Translations under genes and position numbers: made by a program
DNA from: Cycas panzhihuaensis
Taxonomy: Eukaryota; Plantae; Cycadophyta
Direction: 5' to 3'
Length of the DNA: 64,000 nt
Assembly (NCBI GenBank): GCA_023213395.1
Contig: CM041465.1
Span: forward strand, 118,923,741-118,987,740
Shown: piece after piece, positions 52,536 through 64,000 of the stretch
Numbering within the stretch: position 1 is the stretch's first letter
Layout of the letters: the number at the start of each line of letters is the position of its first letter
Notes under the pieces: model-generated
Seen by the model: the letters and a program-made list of their open reading frames with translations, nothing else
Database searches by the model: none
Told to the model about the DNA's origin: nothing

Positions 52536-55500
52536 TGAAGGAAGGATGGATCTAGGGAATAAATCACTCACATGTACACAATGGTAATGGAGAATGAAAA
52601 AAAGATGAAACAAGATATAAGAGCAAGCTTGGAGGTGAGAATGAATAATGACTCCCTCCTTGAGATTTTGCCTTTTATTATTGAGGGTGAGCATTAGGGT
52701 TAGGATTTTCCTCCCTAATGACATGAACCTAAAATTACATCTAAATGCATATAAAATACATTTTATTAAGAGACTAATGCTAATAATATATCCTATGGTC
52801 ACATAATTAATCTACATAAATAACCTTAATATATTAACTTTTTTCAATCCCCCCCCTTAATGGTAGAAGGTCATCTTGAGAAAATCTATTCTATGAGGTC
52901 TTCATTTGATCCTCATTATTATTTTAAAATTCTAAATGACACTTTTGTGGGAAAACCTTCATGAGGAATAAAAACCCATGGACTTTCTAAGATTTATAGT
53001 CCCTTTTACAAATCGAAATGGCTAAGGTGGCTCTTTGATGTAGCATGATAGCCAAGCATCTTAAATATGAAGCTTAATCTACTGAGTCTCTGTATACCAT
53101 TTAGTCATCCCCTATGCCCTTTTAGGTTTTTATAGATTTTGATTTTCTAAAACTAGTATAACTCTTATCCTTATGTGCTCACATGGGGATTTTACAAATA
53201 GGATAGAGCAGAGACTTACTCTTATTATTTCAAGCCCACAAGGGGTTTTCACGAAGAGAATAGAGTATGATGATCCTATTGCCATCTTCTTTTATTAGTC
53301 GAAGATGGAGGCCTTAAGGATGAGCTGCCTTTGAAACTATTTAAACTTCACCTTTTGCAGTAGTTTGGTAAAGATATTAGCCACTTGATCTATTGTGGGG
53401 CAGTATTCCAGTTGAATTATGCCATCATGAGTAAGTTCTCTAATCCTGTGGATTTTTGTACTTATATGTTTGGTACAATCATGAAATATAAGATTTTTTA
53501 CCATGTAGATTATTGATTGGTTATCCATATAAAGACTCGTAGGAATTATTTGGGTGATATTCAATGTTTCCAATAATTTTCTCAGCCATATCACCTTCTT
53601 ATTGGTCTCAAAAGCAATAATGTATTCAGCTTCAGCAGTTGAATCAGCAACTATCTTTTACCATTTGGATATCCATGATATTGGTAATGTTCTAAGAAAT
53701 GTTATATACCCAGACATAAATCTTCCTATATCTTTATCTCCTACAAAATCTGAGTCTGTGTTTGCATAAAGCTTGAAGTCTGAATTAGGTTTATACAACA
53801 GACCATATTTATCGGTCGTCTTAAGGTATTTCAACACTCGCACTGTTGTTTACCAATGATTCTACCTAGGATTTATCATGTAACGAGCAAGAATATTGAT
53901 AGAGTGTGCAATATTTGGCCTTGTATTCATAGTGTAGATGAGACTACCTAAAAGTTTCCTATAGAGTATTGCGTCTGCCTCCCTAGTGTCACATTTAGCT
54001 GAGAGTTTAGTATTAAGGCCCATAGGTAAAATTACTGGTTGAGTACCTTATAACTGAAACTTGGTTAGAAGATCATCGAAGTATTTTTCTTGGGAGAGGA
54101 AAAATTTTCTATTCTTTTGTATTACTTCAATTCCCAAGTAATATTTTATCAAACCGAGGTCAAATAATTTGAACATTTTACCAAGGTTATTTTTGAACCA
54201 ACTTATTACCTGTTCACTATTACCCATTACTAGCATGTCATCCACAAAGATTATGAGATAAGTGACTTTATCCTTATGGCGCTTGATGAATAATGTTACA
54301 TTAATATCTTGGTAGTCATAAACCTCGTATCCAAGTTATCTCATTCTTTCAGACAACTTGGCAAACCAAGCACGAGGGGTTTATTTAAGGTCGTACAAGG
54401 ACTTTCTAAGCCTACAAACTTTATGCTCTTGATGTTCGATCTCATATCCTTCTTACTAAGCCATGTAAATTTCTTATTCAAGATCTCCATTGAGAAACGT
54501 AGTCTTAATATCGAGTTGGTGGATTTTCCAACCTTGTTGAGCAACCAAGGTCACAAGAGTTCTAATTGTAGGCCACTTGGTTATAGGTGCAAAAATTTCA
54601 GTGTAGTTGATACCTTCCCTTTGTGTAAATCCTTTAGCTACCAACCTCACTTTATGATTTTTAAGGGTGTCATCTGATCTATATTTGTTTTTTAACACCC
54701 ATTTATTTTGAACTACCTTTCTACCAAGTGGTAGATAAATGAGCTCCCATGTATCGTTTTTTATAAGAGATTGATACTCTTCATTGATGGCATTTCTTTA
54801 AACTGTATGTTTTACAGCTTCTTGGTATGTTAGAGGCTCTTCATTAAGAGTAATGTATAGTTCTTCCAATTCAAGCTCAGTATATAATGATTCCTACATC
54901 CTTGCTCTATGGGCACTTTGAGTACTAATTTTGTCCATCTCATCTAGTCATATATCCTTATTGAGCTGGCGGACTTCTCGAGATCCTCGAATTGAAAATA
55001 AGGTCCTCATTTCCTCAACTTCTTAGTTCTCATCTTATTTATTGAAATGATTATTTTATGAGGAGGATGTTGATGCACCTAAGGAAGATGGTCATTTTAC
55101 CATTGTTTTACCTTTATTAACTAAAGGTCGAGAGGATGGTTCTTCTATAATGGCTTTACCTTTGTCAACTCTGTTATCTTTAAAAGTTGGTACTAGATAC
55201 GCACTCATCAATTTAGAGTCATAACTTGAATCCTCTAAGGCTCTATTATCAACTTCTAATATTTAGAATAATTTATATCTGTCCCCCCCTGCCCCCCCAA
55301 ATTTTAGAATATGAACATAAAACTTGATAACATTATTATAGTAGTGTGAGGGTACTTTAGAGTCTAGTTTAAGTAACTGATCCTCTATCTCTGCAAAAAT
55401 GGCATCTCTAGTAACAATGATTTTTTGTTGTGAAGGTATAAAGACCTTATACCTTTTCTTATCCATAGGGTATCTAACAAAGATGCCTTTAAGTACTATT

Positions 55501-56417
55501 GGCTGGAGTTTATTTTGATCTACATCTAGAATGTGGGTATAGCATGTAGAGCCAAAAATTTTGAAGTAGCGAATAATGGGGGCTTGTCCTAACCACATTT
55601 TATTAGGTGATTATCCTTCATTTAATGGGCTAACAGCATTGATATAATAAATAGTTGTCTAGATGGATTCAGCCCATAGGTAGGTATGTATATTTTTGTA
55701 TACCAACATAGCCTGAGCCATGTTCATGATTATCCTATTCATGTGCTTAGCAACTCCATTTTGTTATGGAATACCTGCAACTATTGTTTGATGCTTGATG
55801 CCATTGTCTCGAAGGTAGTTTTCAAACTCATGTGAGGTATATTTACCAATATTATCAGTTCGAAGATATTTAAGTTAATAACCTGACTCTTTTTCAGTGT
55901 AGGCTTTGAATTCTTTGAATACACGGAAGGCTTCATCCTTCTTGTGTAGAAAAGCTACCCATACTTTTCTAGTGAAATCATCAATAAAAGAGATGTAATA
56001 TAACTTGCCCTTCAGTAAAGGAATGTGCATTGGTCCACACAGATCAAAGTGTACCAATTATAATAGATGGCTTGATTTCCACTAACTTTTGGGAAAGGGT
56101 TATCAATGAGATTTGACAATGATACAAGCTTCACATTTAAAGGGCTTAGAGGAGAACTTTGGAAGATTTAGAAGAGTGTTACAAAGATCTCTAAGTCTAT
56201 CAATATGAACATGGCCTATGTAGGCATGCCAAAGAGCTCATGGTGACAACATTGGATGGGTCAAGGTGGAATTAAATGCAAATTCTTCATCGGCACAAGG
56301 GTTTTAGGCACAATGGGCTTCAAAAGATGGAGAGTCATTCAGTACAAAGAGTTTGCCAGAGAGTTATTTAGTCAAGACCACTTGATTAGTTGGAGGGTAA
56401 ATGACTTGGAGAGTGTA
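52536..56417 (-). mobile_element. Copia A copy 2: 3' LTR plus RNase H, RT and integrase; 5'-truncated
   Basis: LTR 52536-52846, then PPT complement TCCCCCCCCTT. ORFs VHFDLCGPMH, KVRLVAKGFTQREGINY, FVDDMLV, QVANIFTKLL. Colinear with 4051-12430. Confidence 0.92.
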
Positions 56418-57553
56418 ATATTATTTTAAATCATTTTAAAATTATTTTATGTTTATCTACATGTAAATTTTAAAGTTTAGAACCTTATTAATTGTTGAGC
56501 ATAGATAGTTTGTTTATTATACCTTTGGATCATACTTTCTTCCTAGTGGTCTATGTTAATGATATTATTCCTAATTATTTTTCTAATCATTTCCTTGAAC
56601 TAATTATTAAATATTATTCTATTTAGTGGGTTTTGGTGATTTGATATACTTTTAAAACTCATCTTCTAACCCCTTAATAAAAATTTTATCGGCATCTTCT
56701 ATTAGTAATTGAATTCCTCGATGATCTTATTTACATAGTCAATGAGTAAACCTATTTGTTTTGGTGTAGGTTATATATCAACATTTGTTTTCTTCTCAAG
56801 CTTTGACTTAGATGACTTCTTTATATCCCAACTTTGGTAAGTATAATGGAGGTAGTAGTAAGTAGCAATAATTGTACATTAGTACTTTGTTAAACTCTTC
56901 TTGATTTACTGCCTTCTTAATTTGATGACATAACCAAGAAGGGGTATATAGGCTTAAAGAGAGTTAAGGGCATGAGGTAATGAAAAGATGAAATGGGATG
57001 ATATGGGCTAAGGACATAAACTAGCATTAAAGAAGGGGTGTAAAGAAGAAACTAGTATATAGAGAGTGATAGAGATTAGGGAGTGGTGCTTGTGAGATAG
57101 AATATCTTAAGGATTAAAAATAAATGATGGTTGTTCCTTAGTGTTTGACAAAGTACATTCATAAGTTCTATAACATCAATGAGCATTTTGGGTATATAAG
57201 ATAATAAGCTTCTCATTGATTCATTGCATTCTATATTTTGAGAAAGAGAATACTAAACCAGTTATTACACTTTGATACAAACACAAGAAGATTCAATTAG
57301 CAAATTATAAAATATGTGTAAGTAGGTTGGATATGGTATGATACAAAGAATGATGGTTATGATGACTAGGTGGGAGATTATACAATAGGTGGAAATAGTA
57401 ATAAGTGGAATAAGTCTTTGAGAATATAAGGGACACAATGGGAAATAATTAAGGACAACAATAAGAAGAGTTTAAAGGAAAACATTTTAAATAGTTCTAT
57501 GATTATTGTTTATCGAATGTAATGAATAAATAAAATGAAATGGAAAAAATGAT

Positions 57554-57707
57554 ATATGTTTACATCCTTGTTAAATGGTCCAAGTCTTACCTATGACTTT
57601 TATTTATTTACATATACTTACTAGCCAAAACTTAATAAAACCTATTAATGTAGATGAATAAAATTCATAGATAAGAATTAGACCATTTAACAAGGATGTG
57701 AACATAT
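57554..57707. mobile_element. Foldback/MITE-like inverted repeat (60-bp arms, 34-bp loop)
   Basis: 57554-57613 is the reverse complement of 57648-57707 with about 7 mismatches. The core TGTTTACA...TGTGAACA is flanked by TA on both sides. Confidence 0.75.
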
Positions 57708-59600
57708 GAAGGCATGGGAATGCATATGGATTTAGGTTGAGTATAAATAAATTGAGACATCCTTACAATAAATGCACAAGAAACTTATAGATAATGCAGA
57801 ACGGTAACCAGAGATTGTCATAATAACAAGATGGGAATATGAGGGAGAGTACTTTTAAAGGCATATGATTATGCTTTGATACCATTTACCATGAATCAAG
57901 TAGGTTGAAGTCTTAAAACTAATAGAAAGCCTTATTTAAAAAGGTTCCTCTCCAACAAATCCATGATCGGATAAAGGTTTCAAGATAGAAATATATTATA
58001 TTCTAATGATGTTTTATACAAATAAGGTTATATATTAGGTATCCTTTCATCCAAATAATATGTCATTTCATTCAATCATACTATTCACTATTAATTAACT
58101 CTAGTTTAGTTTTTAAAATATCATTTAGGAGTTTGCAATGTAATTGTAGCTCTATTTTAGTTTTGGAGCACATTGTTTGATGATAAAGTGGCACATCTCA
58201 TAATAAAAAAGGAAATGTATGACCTATCATCATTGATATAATAATGGACATGGATGGAGATCAAGGATATTGCTATCTAAAGGTTATGAGTTATGCCATG
58301 TGAAAAAGATATGAAATGGTATGTTGGGTCTAAGATCAAGGTTAGAGGCTATAACATTAACTCATTTAATCCCCTATGTAATCAAGTACATTTATAAATC
58401 ATTGTTAAAGAGAGGATGTTGTAACAAGTGAATGATTTAAAATGTGATATCAATTCCCAAGGAAACTAAGTCATTTACATTAGAAAATTTATGAGTGTAA
58501 CTTGAGCTCCTATGTATAAATACATTATTTTTTTAAATGACGTTATGCTTTGAAACTTTTAACATCAATATTTAGTTGTGATCTAGTATAGCTCCTTAGT
58601 GAAAGTGATTGTTTTTCACTAGTTGGTCTAACCATGGGTATTAAACGTAGGGATACATACAAAGAGTGAATAGTAGTGTTAACACATACAAAGCAGTAGA
58701 TATGTTAGAACTAAATCTTACAAACGGAAATAAATGCACAACCCACCATTTGCACATAATAATTATTTAAGTTAACTTTGATTGATATAAACTTATTATT
58801 AATGAGCCGCATTAGATTATGGTAGCATAACGAATGGTGGTTCTCATATGCAACAAGAAGCAGGTTTCACAATAATTTTGCTTGTTTGTTCTCCCATACT
58901 CTCTAGTTTTTTATTTCAAAGCTTTCTCCATTGTCTCCTGTAATCCATCGTGCTTAACTAAACTTCCACTCTTCACCCTTATCAAAATGGATTTGAAAGA
59001 AAAAGACAATACAATGCTTTGACCTTGTTAAAATGGGTTAGAAAAAAATGACTGACATTGGGTCTAAGATAATGATTAATATATTACATCAATCAACTTT
59101 AGAGTTTGATGCTCATAACAAATTTTCAGTCGACATTGCCTCATTAAATCAAAAAAGAAATCGCGTCAAATGCACTCCTTAGCAATTAAAATTTGAAACC
59201 ATGTCAGTTCTAATGTTATCATATTTGCACACCTACACCTACACCTGACAATTTAATGGGCTTAGACACTTCAACTCCTCAACAACTCCTAACTAGCGAA
59301 TGCAAATGTAAACCACTTAATTAATACAAGAGGCGTTGAATCCATACTACCTAACCCAGAGACGTGTGCCCTAACTCTGTCCTAATTAGGGTAGACGAGA
59401 AAGCTAAAGGCACATGCCCTGACCCTCCCCGGAGGCGGGGATTAGGGGTGGATGACGACAATATTTACCGGGCAAATCTTCCAAACCCTCTTTAACTTTT
59501 GATTTCCATTCGGAACAGAGTCGCCCGCTTGTATGGACGGACGAGATTGCTCTGTACCAGGCATCTCACCATCACAACAAAATTAGCGTGAGCTTCTCTC

Positions 59601-59610
59601 CACACGTGTG
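59601..59610. promoter_or_regulatory. Palindromic G-box/ABRE CACACGTGTG upstream of the host gene
   Basis: Perfect palindrome ~320 bp upstream of the TATA box; a second ACGTGT core at ~59362. Confidence 0.4.
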
Positions 59611-59921
59611 CTGCTTTTCAAACTGTCAGGCCAACGGTAGAACCTTGAATGACTGCCTTCCAAAAAATTTCATCTCCTCGTGAATATAACGTGCAACCTG
59701 AAAATCCAGTTGTAGACCTCGTCCTTAGTGGGGGAGGACATCAATACAGAAAAGACTGATAGTCCTCTGTAAACACTTGGCAAATCTGGGTAAGCCTAAA
59801 AACCGGATCCAATCCGTATGAATCAATACAGATCGATGACTGTAGGCAGGGTAAGATAGGTAATCATTCATACGATTTTACCTCGGGGTAATTATCGTGT
59901 CGTTCTCTTTCGCCCGTTGTT

Positions 59922-59928
59922 TATAAAA
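59922..59928 (+). promoter_or_regulatory. Putative TATA box
   Basis: TATAAAA followed by a pyrimidine-rich leader and a GTAATT donor at 60033. Predicted 5'UTR intron 60033-60166 (TGTACAG acceptor). Confidence 0.55.
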
Positions 59929-60017
59929 CACACAGCGTACAATTTCTCCACCTAAGGAACCAGCACCATACCTGCTCTTCCTCCTGTTCCAGAGTTCGAA
60001 GTCCTTCAGCGGTTTCT

Positions 60018-60465
60018 ATGTTGGCAGTACCGGTAATTCACGCGAATCCTCATGGACGTCTCCTGTCTTTTGTTTAGCAGAGATTCAGTACCGTAAAAAG
60101 TAGAAAGATTCGTCTCGATGATTGACATTTAACTGCTATGGCTGAATGTTTTCCAACTTTGTACAGGTGAGGCAGAGCCAGAGCCAGAGCCAGAGCCAGA
60201 ATGACGTCAATTCCTTCGGAGATTCCAATGCCGAGAACTTCTCGGCCGAACGATTTGGGCTTCGATCCAGAAGTGGACTACGCCCAGGTGCTACCATCTC
60301 TCTCGGTTTCGATCGAAATGCATTGAGCCGAGAATTTGGCGAAAGAATATTGGCGTTCCGATCGCATAATTCTCATATTATTTGATGGTGTTAACGATGT
60401 TTGCAGGTGCTGGAAGAAGCCCGAAAGCATATTCAGGAAGTGTCCCTGGAATCGAAGGGCGGTAA
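60018..60465 (+). other. Spliced upstream ORF overlapping the main CDS out of frame, 64 aa; join(60018..60032,60167..60287,60407..60465)
   Basis: MLAVP|VRQSQSQSQSQNDVNSFG...GLRP|GAGRSPKAYSGSVPGIEGR*. Depends on the predicted 5'UTR intron. Confidence 0.45.
60173..60200 (+). repeat. (CAGAGC)n hexamer repeat directly before the start codon
   Basis: Four full units plus CAGA, then ATG at 60201. Confidence 0.9.
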
Positions 60466-60898
60466 CAGTAGTTTGCATAATCAGTCGAGAACGTTCCGTC
60501 GTCCAGATTTGGTTGCAGATATTTCCTGTTTTGCAGCGCATTTCAAAGCCGCAGAGGTTCAAAATTCTCTTGAAGATCTCGGGACTAGAAGATCGTGGAA
60601 GAATTCTCTCTTGTTTTGGAAGAAATCTCACAAGAAGTACAAAATCCCATATTCTTACATCCCTACACCCCAGCATCCAGGGTTCAAGTCTCGATCCAAG
60701 CCCACTTCCGGGCCAATCTACACAAATATTGACGTTCAGATCACTGCTTCGTGCCGTTCCAGTCGATCTATCTCGGGTTCTGTTTTCAGTACAACAGTTG
60801 CAGCGACAAAGAATGAAGCTGAAATTCCATACATGTCTCTCAGCCACCAGAAACATGGCGGAGGTCGCTCAGCCAAGCCAATCTACCTGGTCACGTGA
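60201..60898 (+). CDS. Uncharacterised conserved land-plant protein, 192 aa; CDS join(60201..60287,60407..60898)
   Basis: A GT-AG intron (60288-60406, branch-like TTAAC, TTTGCAG acceptor) joins ...GFDPEVDYAQ|VLEEARKH in frame. Motifs GFDP.VD..Q.LEEAR, SWK.SL..WK, SGP.Y, EIPYMSL and C-terminal PIYLVT* are typical of a plant family of unknown function (recalled as PANTHER PTHR35488-like, unverified). Confidence 0.85.
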
Positions 60899-62879
60899 GA
60901 AGACGATTCCAAATGAAAGGGAAAGGATCCCTGATTGTGATCTCGGGGTCAAATCCCATAGCGTATGTACTCTATTTGGGGTCGACCTGTGTGCATTTAC
61001 TTATTACCTCCTTTCTTCTTGTCTGGTTTTTTTGGGTCGGGCCACATCTCTCCACTAACCAAGCACTCATGGGTTTCGAACTGATGGATACATTTTAGAG
61101 ACACCAAACAAATTACTTCTGCCCACTTGTGTGACATGGATGTTATATTTTATCTTTATTTTTAAATTTTTGGATTGTTTTATAAAACCACATGGCCCAA
61201 GGTATTTCAAGCTTTCGATGCGCCCTTCTTCCTACATAATAGATAGCATTTTTATTTGCATTTTCCTGTTACTTGTCATCTTGCACCATTCTTGTTCTTC
61301 ACTTCTTGTATGTATTCCTTAATTACATCTTGAGAGGCCATCAAGCATTAGAGAATAAACATGCATTGAGCAAATACTCATATAACAATCGATTGGTGTC
61401 AGTCAATTTTATGCCAACCATTAAAATCTACTAAGACATAATGTATGCCATGAGCATTGCAATCAACCCTGAGACTTGATTGGTCATGATTGAATAAAGT
61501 TATTGATTAGCTTGTTGAATCATTATATATCGTTGGTTTTAATCTAAATCTGCGAACTAATCTTGGCATTGACTGTATACAATGTAGTTTTAGATAATAA
61601 CTTTAATAAGCATTTGTGTATATTGATAAGATAAGTTTAAATCAAATGTAATTGAGTGGTTGTTTATAATGTTTTTAATTCAATTATTGATAATTTTTAT
61701 ATGTTCTGAAAAAGTTTTTGATTACTAAACCATGTTTAAAAGGGTTTGACTCCTCCTATTGTGAGGGAGAGATCCAAGGAAATCCAAGGTGCAGTATTTG
61801 AGACAAAGGAAGGAAGGCCATAGGAAAAGTCCTTTAAATGCATTCATGAAGCAATACAATGACTATAGACAAGGTGAGGCCCATAGCACACAATTGCACA
61901 CGGATACATTATGTCTCCAAGTCATGATGAAGGTTTTCTTGAATAAAGTTTTAAAATTTTAATGTTTAAAGCATGGAATTAAATGTATATTTCAATAATG
62001 AAGAGACCTACTTCACACAACAACTAACTTTAAGGTGATAATGTGCTATTTAGATTCTTTAGAAGCTTTTCACTTGAATCTTATTCTTAGATTCTAGATC
62101 TAGACTTCACATTGCTCAATCTATACCAATTTAAGGTCCAACATTTGGGTTTATAGTGCAGATCGATAGATATTAATTTCTCTTAGTCAAGGTTGAAACA
62201 ACTAATCTTTCATCTTTTATAAGATTCATTTGGTCCTAATTCAAGCTCTCTCTCCAAGTCATGAGGTCATATTTGAACTCTCAACATTCCTTATTTGGTG
62301 CCCATAAGACAAATTTGACTTGGTCATTCTTCCTGCAACCTTCTCAAGTAAACCAAAGGTGTGTCCATTAATGAGAAGCCTTTCTCAAACAATGAGGGCC
62401 ATTGCCATGCTCTGACTAGGTATTCTAAATGTCTTGATCATCAATGACATTTGTACATCACTAAAAACTTTATTATCATATATTACATATTAGTATTAGG
62501 AATCTTGACTAAATAATTCAATGGTAAGGATAATCTTCAACTATGGTTGATTAGCATCAAGTCACTGCTATAATCAAGTAAAGATGATATTTTAAGATCA
62601 AATTACTATGTTTTCTAAAATTGAACCTTTATTTTTCTTTTCATTTTAATAATTTAACATTGGAAATCAAGGTTAGTTTCTAATGGGAGTAACATTATAA
62701 TGACTTCTAAATGTTAAATTTGTGGGTCAAGATATGTTTACTCTGATGTTCATGCAGACTAAGAGATAAGTGTATATAATCTCTGATTTTTAGGTATATT
62801 TTCACATGAATGCTAGCCCTTAAAGCCTACTAGGTCAAGTTATGGCCTATGAAGTGATCCTAAACTAGATCTATTTTGT

Positions 62880-63160
62880 CAAAAATTTTAAAAAAGGCTA
62901 AATAGGTAATAATTGTCACGGGTAGCAAGTGCTAAATAAATTAGGATTAACTCGAAAAGAAAGATTATATAATGAATTAGGGGTATTCCTTATTTATAGG
63001 TGCCATTATGGCTTCCTATTAAAAAATTAACTTCAATAATAATATTAATAATAAAACACTATCTTCCAAATATAAAAACTAACTTCATATTAATATAAAA
63101 ACTAACTTCTTATTGTTTAATTATTTTAGGATTACTACAATCTATCCCTCCTTTAGTAAA
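62880..63160 (-). mobile_element. LTR fragment resembling the G3 LTR family with adjacent PPT complement
   Basis: TATTTATAGGT, AAAAAATTAACTT and AAAACTAACTTC motifs; ends CTACA at 63139, followed by TCTATCCCTCCTT. Left end unclear. Confidence 0.5.
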
Positions 63161-64000
63161 CACTTTACCTATGAAGTATTGGTATTAAGGCATGTACTTA
63201 CTTGTGTTATGTCATCTATACTCCTATCTACCACCTACTAAGGCCAAAATATCATAGGTATTAAGTTCTTCTTTATGTCATTTTCTTGTAGCAACCTATA
63301 TGCATCCTATTTGTGATAGTGTGCCATGTTTAAGATGACCTTTATATAAGACTTTACACTTGAGTGATCCTGGGACGTGTGATCTATCTTCAACTTACCT
63401 AAGGTCTTGCCTTTGGATTACCCATGGTATCCATTTATAATTATCCTTGAAGGGGAAATAGAGGAATGTAAAATAAAGATAACATTAGGGAAATGAGATT
63501 AGAAAAAATAATGCAAGAAATTTCGAGTATAAGGGGTCAGAGCATAAAGGTGGGGAGGTAAGTTCAGTTGGAGATTATTTGTGAGTGATTGAACCATGAG
63601 CGATATGGAAGAGTTGTAAGGAGATGATGATAGATATAAGTTAAATAATAACATAAATGCACACTTTCATTATGATATATGTAAGAGGTAGTTGGAAAAG
63701 ATAGTAAGTGAGGGATTGAGGGCATGGCAAAGGTTTTATATAGGTATGTATCAAGGAGACTATAGGGTGGTGGTGAGTTATATTAGAGGTAAAATTAAGA
63801 GAAAGCATATATAGGGATTTGATAAGGGACTATAATATATAAAGGTTAGGCTAGATAAGAGATGGACAATAGAAATTTATGGATAATAGGGATGATGTGA
63901 TATAGAATGGAAGATAAATAATTTTGGGTTTACTAGTAAGCTTAGGGGTTAAGAGGGTTAAAGGGAATGAGTAGGGGATAAGGACTAGGCATTCTATATA

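Noticed and set aside
60278-61058. ORFs 60336-61058 (+, 240 aa) and 60278-60856 (-, 192 aa)
   Set aside because: Shadow frames of the real exon. They start or end inside the intron and lack the conserved motifs of the PIYLVT frame.

Overview
AT-rich eukaryotic DNA from a land plant (judged from the TE families and gene content). About 90% of 1-56.4 kb is nested, mostly decayed LTR retrotransposon. This comprises three Ty3/Gypsy chromovirus copies (G1 25409-31121, full-length with TSD; G2; G3), an internally deleted Gypsy-derived element (E), and two Ty1/Copia families (A in two copies, C). There are also two kinds of non-autonomous LTR element carrying host-gene cargo. Family B has two copies (B1 6617-11281, minus strand; B2 32493-38557, plus strand). 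It keeps only a truncated Copia gag (TR-GAG-like), and the copies share both arms but have unrelated central segments. In B2 that segment is an antisense chimera of uninterrupted fragments of a UTP4/PCN-like WD40 gene and a SAC6/7-like phosphoinositide phosphatase. Element D (48773-52381) has LTRs and a TSD around a decayed PLS-class PPR sequence. B1 also has stacked LTR-end+PBS modules inside its LTRs and sits between a 181-bp target duplication, with one terminal CA missing. The only intact host gene is a 3-exon gene (CDS 60201-60898, 192 aa, uncharacterised plant family ending PIYLVT) with an overlapping spliced uORF. All alignments and translations were done by eye, so coordinates of decayed elements are approximate.
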